A DNA stretch of 64,000 nucleotides from Chrysomallon squamiferum (taxonomy: Eukaryota > Animalia > Mollusca): positions 620,001-684,000 of the forward strand of contig CM022679.1 of assembly GCA_012295275.1 (NCBI GenBank), given 5' to 3'. Numbering within the stretch: position 1 is the first letter of the stretch; each line of letters opens with the position of its first letter. Of this stretch, positions 1 through 13,021 are shown in pieces. Below the pieces are notes generated by a model that was given only the letters and a program-made list of their open reading frames with translations, was not told the DNA's origin and searched no databases. A program made the position numbers and the translations under genes.

Positions 1-49
1 TCCATGTCTATATATGTATATATATTTATTTTTTTTTTTTTTCCAAAAG

Positions 50-2307
50 AAGTAACCGGTGAGCAGCTACAGATTTGTGAAAGTGAGATGAAAGGCCAGG
101 AAACCATGGTAACAGAAAGGGGAGACCCCCAGGAGCAGGATGTTAGAAATGTGGCATCCAAGAAACAGAAATACAAATGTGACTATTGTGGATGTGTCAT
201 CAAAGGCCTGGTTTCGTACAAATGTACGTATGGACAGATGTGAACAGAGTCACATAAATAGACTGTGAAACTGTGAACAGAAATCAGTTTAAAGTCAGGT
301 CATCCACATTAAAATATTGAATCAAATATAAAACTGTTACAATCTACAAATTTGATAATTATTTAATTTTCTTAATCAGACTTTGCTGAACTGAACGATC
401 ATTTAACATATTTTGACAAAAGTAAAATATTTTTAGATTTTATATTCCTATTTTAGAAAAAATTTAGATTTTGAGATTTCTGCAACAGTATTTTAGAATT
501 TTTATATTTATGCAGCAGTAAAACATTTTATATTTTTACCAGTACTAATTTCATATTTTTATATTCCTTCTAGTTTTTTTGTTCCCTTTGATAAAGAAAT
601 AATTTTTCTGTATTATTTTTTATTCAGATCACGTTTTCAAGCACACAGGAGTGAAACCATTTCAGTGCGAGGTTTGTCCGAAGACGTTTACAAACAACAA
701 GAGTTGCAAAATGCACATGAGAAAACACACAGGAGAAAAACCCTTTCTGTGAGTGTTCTTCAAAACATTCACAAACAGTACAGTGTAGTTTAGTCACAGG
801 AAACTGAGACACTCCAGGCTACAGGATCAGTCCTTGCTTGTGTACACTTTGGACTCTTTACTAATACTACTCTAGTGGACAAATGGCTTAATTTCAAAAA
901 ATTTCTCTCATTTTTTTTGTTTCGTATTATGTTTTTTTTGTTGGTCTTTTTGTTTTTTAGATTTTTGTTTTTGGGGGGGGATTGTTTTTTGTTTTTGTTT
1001 GTTAGATTGTTTGTCTGTTGTTGTTTTCTTGTTTTTATATTAACATTTGTAATATTATAAATTAGCTCCTATATTCCAAGAATGTTTTTTCCTTTTTACA
1101 GTTTGAAAAAAATATATATTATTTTATATATACATATATATAACTGATTATGTTTATTATTTTGTTTTCTTTTTGTTAAAAAGGTGCAACTTATGTGGAA
1201 AGAGTTTTAGCAGAGCACCCTCGCTGCAGTATCATTTGAAAGCTCACTCTGCAGGGGGGGGTGTCCCTGTGAAGTGTGACGTGTGTCAGCGCATGTTCAC
1301 CACGATGCTGCGCATGCAGAAACACATGAAGTGTAAACACCCAGAGCACCCCCCAGTCTTCAAATGTGTGCAGTGCGACAAAGTGTTCACTGCAGCTAGT
1401 AAGTCACATAGTGTCTACTTGGTTTTACTTATTGGTGTGTTACATTTTGTTAAAATCACTTATTACATTTGCTATAGAGATGGGAGGGTGGTGCTGCTAG
1501 TTATAAACACAAAAGAGGTTGTTAAATTAACAATAATTATTAAAAATAAAAAGTTATAACAGATTACATTTTATAAAAATATTAACGTTCTATTCCATTC
1601 CATTTTACAATAAACGATTCTAAGAAATTTCCCATGGCAACAGTTATTTAATTGCTGTAAATTTATCAGACATAACAGAGGATGCAAGTTTGTTCCAGTG
1701 TTGCTTGAAGTTGAGATGCTCTAGTAACATGTTTCAACACTAAACAAAACAAAATGTAATTTCAGGGAGTTTAAAACGTCACCAGGCCTCACATCAAGGA
1801 ATTCGACACTACCAGTGTCAGGTCTGTGGTCGCAGCTTCTTTCGAAAGGAATACCTCAACAGTCACATGCAGCAGCACCCCGAGGCAGGGCCTGCAGTGA
1901 CAACAACAAAGAGAAAGAAAATCAGTCAGTACCAGTGTCACTACTGCGGCCAGGTCTTCGCCAACGACAGCTACCTCAACAACCACTTGATAGAAGACCA
2001 CGAAGCTGGGTCTATCGTTATCATCACATCAGACAACCAGATGAAGAAGCACGAAGTGGACTTGTCATCCTACAGTGGTCAGAACTTTGGTCAGGGGAAC
2101 ACTGGACATCAGCAACAGCAGACAGAAGAGGGGGGTGCCCAGGAGGAGGCTATTCAGTCGATCGTCCAGGCCCAGGACGGGTCGTACGAGCTGACGCAGG
2201 ACACTGTGGAGTATGAGGTGGAGTGTCTCACCAGTGAGTCGCTCACTGAGGCTGATTTCAAAGCAATCCACATCTTAGCACAGGCCAGCCTGCACACCAG
2301 TCTCTGA
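50..2307 (+). CDS. C2H2 zinc-finger protein, 3' part (5' exons lie outside the window)
   Basis: Exons 50-223, 628-748, 1184-1398 and 1766-2307 join in frame across GT-AG introns. Seven C2H2 fingers (CDYC..HVFKH, CEVC..HMRKH, CNLC..HLKAH, CDVC..HMKCKH, CVQC..HQASH, CQVC..HMQQH, CHYC..HLIEDH) with TGVKPF and TGEKPF linkers, then an acidic/Gln-rich tail and TGA at 2305-2307. Confidence 0.9.
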
Positions 2308-3581
2308 TCTACTGTCTGTGAAAAACAGTCTGAAAACAGCGTCACAGACAATAGTGGCTGCAAGAAAACAACACAAAACAGCACGTCTCAAACACTTTGC
2401 CAAGCTCAGCTGTGACAGTGAGTTGCAGAGGCTCCAGAACTCAGTTTTTATTTATTTAATAGTTAACTTTGTTTAACTCTTTGCACCCTGGTGGCCCTGT
2501 TAGATTACTGATCTGACCACAAACATCTAATTCCATAAACCCAGGAGTGAAAAGTAATAGTTATTTAACATGCCTGTACAAAAATGTCTCTGAGTTTATA
2601 AGTAATAAAGAGAAACGTTGAATTAACTTATTTTAAAAATACCCAGAAAAAACTCTGTTTTTTATACACTTTCCAACAACCTATCTTTGTGATGCAGCTA
2701 CTTCAACTACAGCTAACTGCAAACTACAAATTACTTCAGTCAGGCCCAACTTAGAAAAGCTTTGCAGCTCAAAACAACACTCTAGTCATTAAGTCTCACT
2801 TTAATTTGTATGTTTAAGGAAAACACAATTATCATGTTTATTTTGAAAATTAATTTGTTAGGGCAGTGTAAAAGTGCTTGTATTGTTTTCTCATATAACG
2901 AAAACAGTGTGACCCCAACAGACTATATACGTGACCCTAAATGAGCTGACACAATCAAAACTGCAGCATCAACTCAGAATAAAACCTGTTAAAACATTTG
3001 ACTAAAAACTGCAGTGACAACCTCTGATGACATTGTTATGTTTTTCATACTAAAAAGTCACTCATTTCTGCATCATGCAGGTTAATCAGTTGTCAGCTTA
3101 AAACATCTATAACTTTAATTGGAGATCATAAAAAAATATATGTACCATTTTAAAATTTAAAAACTTGAAACACTTTAATCAGTGTGTATGATCAGGACTA
3201 ATGTAAACAGATTCTAAATTGGATCAGGCAGATAAAGACCCAAGCAAATATAGTTGTATACATGTATTGTTTCTTAATAAAGTTTACAATGATAATGTGT
3301 ACAATTTTAAATGGGCTTCTTTGAATATCAATGGAAAGAAAAATGAGATGAAAAATCTACACGTATAATACTACATCAGTTTCGTGTCGGCCTGTTTTAC
3401 ATCAAACACTTTACACGTAACTGAGATGCAGAAATTTTTATCTGTAAATTTGTTTTGTTTTCTATTTTCATGTTATAAATGGGCCAGTCTGTAGAACATG
3501 TGTATCATGAAAGTATCTGAAAATGAAATGCATAAATTTGCACATACTTTAAATTTTAATTCAAATGACTATTGTTCAGTG

Positions 3582-3615
<34 letters not shown>

Positions 3616-3700
3616 ATGCTGAACAATTTGTCATCTGAATTGCAAGTAAAAATAGGTGTAACTATATATATTCTCAGAACACACACACATACTTTTGATG

Positions 3701-3929
3701 ATAGCAACACATGACTGTTCTGTGTTGAGAATCAGTGTTTAAATCTCCATAGCAACACATGACTGTTCTGTGGTGTTTAAATCTCCATAGCAACACATGA
3801 CTGTTCTGTGTTGAGAATCAGTGTTTAAATCTCCATAGCAACACATGACTGTTCTGTGGTGAGAATCAGTGTTTAAATCTCCATAGCAACACATGACTGT
3901 TCTGTGGTGAGAATCAGTGTTTAAATCCC
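3701..3929. repeat. Minisatellite, 48-bp unit, about 5 copies
   Basis: Unit ATAGCAACACATGACTGTTCTGTG(T/G)TGAGAATCAGTGTTTAAATCTCC starts at 3701, 3749 (shortened copy), 3787, 3835 and 3883. Confidence 0.9.
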
Positions 3930-6484
3930 CACTGACACAACTCAAGGGCTTGTCTTTATAATTAAGTGTACAGTAGTACGTGTATTTTGTGACAAGAACT
4001 GCCCCTGGCATTATTTACCGAGGTGTTTGGTTCTTTGAGCAAACATGGTTGAGACAAAATTTACAGTAAAATAATATTTTATCATAAGATTTACTCCTTG
4101 CATTATTTAGGAGTTTGAATCCATGAGGTGATAATATTAAGAATTCAAATTTACCAACTTTGCCCTGGACAAGTACTGTAAATAAATCAGAGTTGAAGTT
4201 TAATTTGTTAAACAGGTGAACAGTAAGTATTAAGTAATGTTAAATGTGTTTTTAGCTTGTTTTAATTTTTGTTTTGATGGTTACTGACAGGGGAGAACAA
4301 CTGGTTACATTCATCTAAATGTCCCTCAAGATTTGTTAGTTCATGTTGTTACGAAATTACATACAGTACAAAACTGAATAATTTTATTTCTGGTTTTTGT
4401 CATTATGAAATAAAAGTTTAAAATGTTTTATTAAATTTGAAGTTTGCAAATAAAATAATGATTATAATTGCTTTTGACTTTGTTTTGATTGATAATCATT
4501 TATCAATATGTCAGCAGATCACTACTGTTGACCTTTTCTTCGTTAGATTATGGGTTCTAGTTTTAAATAATTTTAATATAAATCACAATTTGCCAAAATT
4601 AATCTATTGTTTTTTAGCTACTTTTCTCTAGAACAGAGTTTTATCAAAATGTATTCAAAACCAATATTCTGCTGGTACCAGCTTTAAACTTTACCATCAG
4701 CAAATAAATAATTACATACAAAGTTGCTGATTTTTCACTGATTTGGTTAAAATGAGGGTCTGATGTTATTTTTATTCCAACAAACAACAAGAAGTAAAAG
4801 GCATGTAATATTTATTTATTATAAACTGTATATGAGTTACAAAGATGAGAAGAAAATAATGTAGGGAATCATATTTGCATAGGTTTAAATATACTTTATA
4901 TGTCAAAAGAAAAACTAAAATTGACGAGTGGGGAGAAACTAAAAGAAAAAAAGCACTAGAGATTCCAAGCAAAGGATCCAAGAGAGACCAACTTAGGAAA
5001 AACCACAGATAAGAAATAATAAATAAATTTACTAGCTTGTAATAAAATAATTACAAAATGTAGTATTTTTACTACCATGTAGCCAGATTTTCTTTGTTCT
5101 GTTTCAGCTGAATTTTAAGTTGTTTAAAAATGAGTGATTAAAACAGAATGCTCTGGATGTCACAAAATTTAAATTTACACCTAAAATGAAATATTTTCAT
5201 TTAAATCATCATCAAATAATGCATTTCTTAAATTAAAAACCCCCAAAACAATAATAATTTAACAGGACTTCAAAAATATATATCTTATAAATATGTGTTT
5301 TGAAAAATTAAATTAATTTTGTAAAGTGATGATAATTAAAAGATGTTTATTTTTTCTTTTTCTGCAGAGTAACCAAAAGATTGAGAAATACATCAGAAAA
5401 TTTAAATAAAATAAAATAAAATAAAAATGGAAAAGCATTTATACTGATGTTCAGTGGACGTAACCAAACAAGTCAAAATGTGTCAAATGTGATAAACACG
5501 ACAAGCACAACATTTTGTTTTTATAATAATTTTAATGCATACGCAATTAAAACTTAACACATCCACTTACAATCAGTTCAAAACAGTTTTAAATTTAAAA
5601 GGAAGTAATTAACAAAAGCATTTTAAAAATTATGTATTTTTAGTTCTTTTATAAAAATTAAGCAATGAAAAAAGTTATATGTTTATAAAAAAAACACATT
5701 AATTTGATGTTTTAAGCACATGATTGACATGACTGTTGAAAATTAGAAATAAACTGTAAAAATTAGTAACAAATGTTAAGGGGAAAAAAATAAGAAGATA
5801 TTTATGATCTTATTATACAAATTCTCTGTTGGTCTCATGATGGTTATGATGTTAAATTGACCAAATACAATTAGAAATCTCAGCAGTTTGCATGTAACTG
5901 TTGAGTAATGGACTACATACAATGACACTGAAGGAATGTCGTTGACAAAACACATTGACATTGCCGATGTTTCAAACTCTTCATTCCTTTATCACTGAAA
6001 ATTAACGCTGACAAAGAAAAACATGTTCTTTCTTGTTGTAAAATTTTGTCGTCAGTTATGTCATAACAACAATTTGGATGATTTCAAATGTCCATTTATA
6101 TGTGATGTATAAAACATGTTGTCCATGATTTTAAATTTCAATACTGTTTGTTTCCAATTTGTTTATTTTTAGCCAGACTTACAAGATGAAATATAAGCTA
6201 ATCTAATTTAGAAAAACATGTTATTTAACCAAAAACTATAAAAAAAATCTATTAAATATTCATTTATCAACTAAATATCTACATCGCAATATATAAAATA
6301 AAAACCTACCTATAAAAATATTTTCTTTTTAAAAATTAAAATTGGTTTTGAATATATGTTGAAGTCTGTTCCCTTTACTGAAATGGGAATTTATAATTTC
6401 TTAATTAATAATTAAGTCATGATAAAAGACAATAAAATTTTAATTATAAAATAAATAAAAAATAAATAAATAAATAAAAATAAA

Positions 6485-6521
<37 letters not shown>

Positions 6522-7170
6522 AAAAATTAATAATAATAATAAAGACATTTTTTGGCTATGATATTAAATGAAAGCTTTTATGAACTCTCAAGAATTAAAC
6601 ACATATATATGTGTTATAATACATAAAGCACAGTGTTTTGAGACATTAACAAAAACAAATACAGTTTTTCAAATAAAATCAAAACACATTTAATGACAAA
6701 TATATCGACCGGCAACTTGTTAAAAACAACAATAATTTCAAACTGGCTATAATTTTAGAGATGCGTAGAAACACAAACTGACAACTAGAAAGTACTTTAA
6801 ACACAGTGAATGCTGAGGTCTGAGATGTTTTTAACCATCCCAAAATACAACTACATATGTTACGAACTTCACAGATTAGTCATGAATTAATCACTGAAAC
6901 AGACTTGCTGAACATTATATCTTTTTTTAATGTTTATCCGGTGCAGCTTAGATTTAGTGAAATAAGATTCACCCAAAGACACAGAATTATGTCTATGTGA
7001 AAGTGAGAGCACGTGGTTTAACAGGTAACACTAACAACTGAAACATTTGTTCAAAAATTTATATATTTTTACGTTTTACTTGCTGTTTGCCCATTTTCGT
7101 CCACTTTTTTTGTTTTAAATAATTATTTATTTATATATAAACCAAGAAACATACAGCAGATAAATTAATC

Positions 7171-7209
<39 letters not shown>

Positions 7210-8537
7210 TGTAAAGTACTGCATTTTTGTTAAAGGTAAAACATTTATATATAAATTACTTCAAACAAAATTTTAAGTACCATTTCGACAAAACATTTTT
7301 TTATTTTACCTTTGTTTTAATGTAAAATAGGAACAACAATTACAAGCATGTAATATTGATAAATCTAATTAATGGCTTAAGTAGATTTAATTATTCATAA
7401 ATGATTTAACGCACCCAGTAACCTCTATCTTATTTCCTGTTTTAATATCTTATCTGTTAGTTCTCACTTGTCTTTAGTAAACATAAAAAAAAAAGTATTA
7501 AATAATTTTTAAAAAGCCATTTCAAAGTGAGATTAAAATTTAATCTCTAACCATTTATTCAAAAATAAGCTTTTCTCTACAAAAAAAAAAAAAAAATAAA
7601 TAAATAAAATAAAAATCACATAGAAGACTAATTCTCATAATTTCTTATCCAATAATTTCTTAATTCCCTGAAAGACATTCGTTTCACATAAGATTATATT
7701 TTAATTAAAAAAAAAATATATATATTTTAGAGCCAAGTTACCTGAGCACCAAACAAATCAATACTAGTATTTAATCTATATTTTTTTTAAACAAGCAACT
7801 ACCTTATGGCTTCAGTGTGAAAAAAAAGATTAAAAAAAAAAAGACACTGCATGATTTAAAAGTTGAAAGTTCAGATTTAACTGTTAAAGTTATGCTGACA
7901 GATGGTCAACATGGAAACAAGCCCATCAAGATCATTCTTATTTACTGTCAGTGGAAAATGAATTTTTTAATCAAAGAAATTTTTATCTGTAGCAGGCCAA
8001 TATAATTCTTTTTACTTACAGCCAACAGTCAGAAATTATCATTCTAATTTTTGTTCTGAAATTATTTGTAGTATCCAGTATTATTCTGAAATTTGTATTT
8101 GTAGTTTTATTATTCTGAAATTTGTATTTGTAGTATCCAGTGTAATTGTGGAAGAATTTATTTAATCTGTAGCTGATCTACTTCATACAGTCAACCAAAA
8201 CTGGTTTTTGTTTATCCAACTAAAACAGAAATAGCCTTTTACTTCCTGAACCTCTACAGTCTAAGTAAAACAGATTTGTTCCAACTAATGAAAATATTCA
8301 GCAGTATTTATCATTTTCATCTACAGTTTCAATAAAACTGAGTTCTGAGTTGTATTCAAGTTTTTCAACTAAAAACAGAAGTTATTTATTTTCACCTACA
8401 ATTTCACTAAAACAGAGTTCAGAGTTTGTTTTTTAAAAAGCCTGATAACATTAAACTGTAGCACAAACTAGTTTGAAAGAGGCATGCAGCTAGACGTGAT
8501 AACAGTGACATACAAACAGTTACACAAACAAGCTGTC

Positions 8538-10208
8538 CTATTCCCAGTCCTTCTTAATTGCCAGGTGCCACACCCACTTCAAGTACTCGTTGCCATCATC
8601 GTCTGTGAATAGGCTCTCGATCTTGTAGTCTCCCCTTGCCATCATGCCAGAGGGCGCTTCTTCGAACTGTGGTTGTATATAAGACTGCAACTCCCGTTTT
8701 GGTCCATAGCTTCCAACCATCAATTTCTTTGTGTCAACTGAAAACAAGTATTTATTTCTTCTGTGACAACAACTATCATTCTAAAAATAAATCTGTAAAC
8801 AACATATTACCAGCCTTTTATTATTTATTAAACTTTATAAATTATTTTTCTTATTTTTCCAAATTTGTGTTTTTTTATATGTAGTTTTTAAGTATCATTC
8901 TTGTTATTTTTTTATATTTAGAAAACACACACACACATACTACCTTTTCAGTTCTTTAATTTGTTATCTACGGTACATCATTTGCTAGACTCTCATTATT
9001 TTTTTCAAGTTATGTTAATAAGTTTTTAATTCTGTTTCATGTTACTTTTACCAACCTTTAATCCCTGCTCTGTAGGTTTTCTGTACGTATTTGAGCCCTT
9101 GAACAATATCACGTTGAACATAGAAGTAAATTTTAACTTTATACTGGCAGCCCTCTTTTATCACAAATTTCTTCTTTTCAATTTCTTTTAAATTTACTGT
9201 AAGGAAAACAACACTGACACATTAAAGATCAAACACATCTTTAAAACACAACTGAATAAAAAGCATCTCTTTGTATACAAATCATGACAGTGAAATTTTT
9301 CCAAACAACAAGAATCAACTGCTTGAACAGAAAGAATGTTCTTAAAACATGCACTCCATAAAGCATTTTCAGGATTGTTATAGAACAAATGATTCATTTT
9401 TATTTAGAAAATTTTTAAGTTTTGCTTAAAATATTTTATTTTTTTTTTTTAACTAGATATCTATCTTTTCTAACAACCTGCCAGAAACTTTTGAAACCTT
9501 CATTGAACTGATATTAATAATTGTGAAATATAAACATTTTTGTTTTTTAAACAAAAGTACATTGAATGTGGGTTTGTATTATTATAAAAAGAAGATGAAT
9601 TTGTTGTTTACCTGTAAGGTCAAGTAACATTTCGTCTCTGTCATCAGGGCATAATGCTAATTTTTCAACAATGACATTTTTCTTGTTTGCATCTGAAATT
9701 CAACAAGGTAACAAATGAAATAAATAAATAAAATAAAACTAATGCTGAAAAATTACTGTTTAAACATTATCTCCAGTTTTAAAAAAAACGAAACATTAAA
9801 TAATATTTATTTAAATCACTTATATTATGATATAAGACAAATGAATAAATAAAAAATATTTTTTTAAATACTAAACATTACACTCAAACAGTTCAGTTAT
9901 CCAAATTACAAAACATTAAAGCTGCTAGACTAGGATAGAATAATGATTAATTTTTAGCTCAAGAAAATGAATTAACTGTATTAGATATATTTTATCTGTA
10001 ATTAAGTTGTAATTATAGAAATCTGACCTATAATAATTTTATCTCCAGTTGCGCCTGCACCAAGCAGTGCTTCTTTGTATTTGCGTAAACTTTCATCTTC
10101 GTCATCAGCCTTCAGAATTTCTTCCAGTTCTTTTTTTGCTGGTGGTTTGTAATTTGGGTTATCCTCCTCCTCCTCATCAATTTCCTTAACTGGATCTTGT
10201 TCTGCCAT
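8538..10208 (-). CDS. ARHGDIA: Rho GDP-dissociation inhibitor (RhoGDI), 200 aa
   Basis: Minus-strand exons 10208-10028, 9692-9612, 9196-9056 and 8737-8538 total 603 nt in frame. Family motifs YKPPAKK, DESLRKYKEALLG, FVIKEG, DIVQGLKY, MVGSYGP, EEAPSGMMARG and W..AIKKDW. The symbol denotes the family; an invertebrate gene is co-orthologous to ARHGDIA/B/G. Confidence 0.95.
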
Positions 10209-11009
10209 TTTTATAGGGTTCTAGAAGAATGAAAACAAGTATTAAAATGCTATTCTCTACTTATGATCATTTTTATGGTTCGATTACATAACTGCTTTCA
10301 GTTTTGATAAATTTAAATAACAACAACAACAAAAACAACAACAACAATAATAATAATAATAATAATAAAAATCAAATTTAAAAGAAAAAATTTGATCACA
10401 ATTTATGTTTTAAACAGTTTTTGAACAATTGCTTACTATCAATGTATGATTGTATCAATATTAATTTTGGTCAGTTTTAGAATTTAGAAGAAAATAAACA
10501 CAAACAGAATTATTTAATTGCATAATAATTTACCAGAGTATTATTGAAGTCCGTTGGTGAAATATGCACTAAAAGTTACTCTGAAGGAAGTACATACACA
10601 AAGAATCTGTGCTATGCATTGAAAAGGGTATGCGAAAAGAACCCGGAAGTGAAATGGGACAACTTGTCATGCAACAGTGTTACGTTCCACTATGGAATTA
10701 CTAATAATGAATCAGCGGTATGCGCCCGATTTAGCTTACATATGGTCTTATAGGGAAACCTAAGTTTTTCAGTGTTATACTGCATTTCATCAGATATCCA
10801 ATAATTTTTGCCAGGTTAGATATAAAGGCAAAAGTAGACCGTATTTAAATTTGCATATCATGGGCGTTTATCATTTTAAGTTACACCTGAGCTAGTGAAG
10901 TCTTGACAGGTGGCAATTCTTCGAAAACGATAAACTGAAATAAAAATGAGGAACAGATATACAAATGAATAATAATTAAAAACAAATTTATATTACAAAT
11001 ATATCTTAC

Positions 11010-11230
11010 TTTTTACCGTTGAAAGAAACTCTTCGAAACTTCTTAACTTGCACACTCCTCTGGAAATGGCGACCAAATTAGTTTAACTTCCTGTTTCCTC
11101 GAACCCGATGAAGGTCAAAACATTTATTGGCTAGCGCTTTACCCTTCCCGGTGAACCTTCGGTAATTTCCGCGAAAACGGAAATAGTCGACTCTTTTCTA
11201 AGTAACAGAAGTATAGCGGAAGGTTAACAT
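11010..11230. promoter_or_regulatory. Probable bidirectional promoter for RhoGDI (-) and FDXR (+), including the RhoGDI non-coding first exon
   Basis: Local CpG-rich patch between divergent genes. Minus-strand donor AAG|GTAAGA at 11009, YY1-like AAATGGCG near 11064, ETS-like ACTTCCTG/CTTCCCGG/CGGAAA, reversed CCAAT (ATTGG) near 11126. The FDXR first exon was not pinned down. Confidence 0.55.
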
Positions 11231-11499
11231 CGGCATAGATCTAGATATATTATGTGACAAATATCAGAATATTATTTACTATAGTATCTCTGTACTCAGA
11301 ATGGATTTATTCTGCGTGATTCACTTTATTTCATAAATACATTACATCCCATTAAATCTTTAAAATAATATTGTAAAGTTAAAATCTTGTGAAAATTAAA
11401 ATTAATAATTTTAATTATAGCATAATTATCATATCAACAAGAAACATTATATAAAATAGACAGGATGCTAAATATTAACCAGTGTCCATCGACCCTAGA

Positions 11500-11563
<64 letters not shown>

Positions 11564-13021
11564 GATTTCTTACAATAAACAAATTATGGTTCTTATTTAA
11601 AATAAATGATTCTAACTGCGATTTTAGCAAGAAAATTTAAGACTATTACTGAGAAAATGCTGACCAACTTAATCTTATAAAATTGATTTTAATTACCTTT
11701 CTGACATTTCTCATTGCCCAATCAGTCTTTTAAGCAAAGCAATAACGACAACAACAATAAATAAATAAATATATAAATTCATATAAAATAAATAAATAAA
11801 TAAATATTTAAAATTTAAAATTTTAATAAATTGTACAGAAAATTTAATTTTTCAGATGGACACAAATTCAAGACGTTGAGAAATATTGTCACCATTTATC
11901 TCTGTACTCGGGCTTATGTAAATGATGAAATTCTGACGATAATAATGTAATCATCACTGTAGCTATATTTCCCATTGTGGAGGATGCCCTGCTGGGACAA
12001 TCTGAATCTGACATATTTAATGTTAAGAACACGATTGCCGTACAAAATAAATAAATGTTAAATAAATTTTGACATGTTTTATTAAATACGGGACTAATGT
12101 ACATTCTAAATATTTTCCGGAACACGGCTGGATTTTATATCAAAGGGGGCATAAAAACCATTCAGAGGTTGAGGTGTGGTATGGCCTCAAAATGGTTGGA
12201 CAACACTGATCCATTAGCGATGCAGTTTTATCTGTATTCTCGCGGATGATGGGAATTCCAGAAACGACAACTCTACTGGTGTTTGTCTGAGACTGGAACC
12301 AGTCGATGACGCAGCGTGTCATCTGTGGTGAATCCTTAATCGATCTGTTTAGATTTAATATGCAGGGCTTCCATCGAGTTCCGACTGGCTGACATTTAAC
12401 ACATGTTACTTGTTTCGGCATCGAAGACCACGCTTTGGTTGCCAACTCAGAAATCATTTCATCGTTGTGGTAAATGTTTACAAAATAATTGTTGCAAGGT
12501 TTTTATATATAAAAAGTTATAATTAAAAAATTATTCATTTTAAATCTTATTAAATTTAATATTACTGGTCTTAAATCATCAATAGTTCTATTAATTCGAT
12601 ACTTTGTTATTCATTCGGTCACTCAAATAATTATATGCCATTCATGTAAAATGGCAGTGTTTTTGCACTTTTAACAAATTCCTATTTAAATGTCAAAGGT
12701 AGGGACTCGACCTCATGTTGATAATTGTAACTCAGCGAATACAGGAATAGCTAATCCAAAATGTTGGTTTTCATTAACTTAGTATTATCGTATTTGTTTT
12801 TTTAGATTATTATAAAAAATAAATAAAACATAAAAATATTCAAAATAAACTCAAATAATCAGAAACAAGTGTATAACACATTATTATTATTATTATTATA
12901 TTTAATTTTTTGTCGCCTGGTACTGGAATTGAAGCATTAATTTTATTTAATAATGAACATTGATTTTTAGTTAATTCCTTTTTCTTTCTGTTTTGCAGAG
13001 ATCACATGAGGATAGAAAACC

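Noticed and set aside
1815-2384. Alternative-frame and antisense ORFs over the last zinc-finger exon
   Set aside because: By-products of a GC-richer coding exon; only the spliced frame gives C2H2 motifs.
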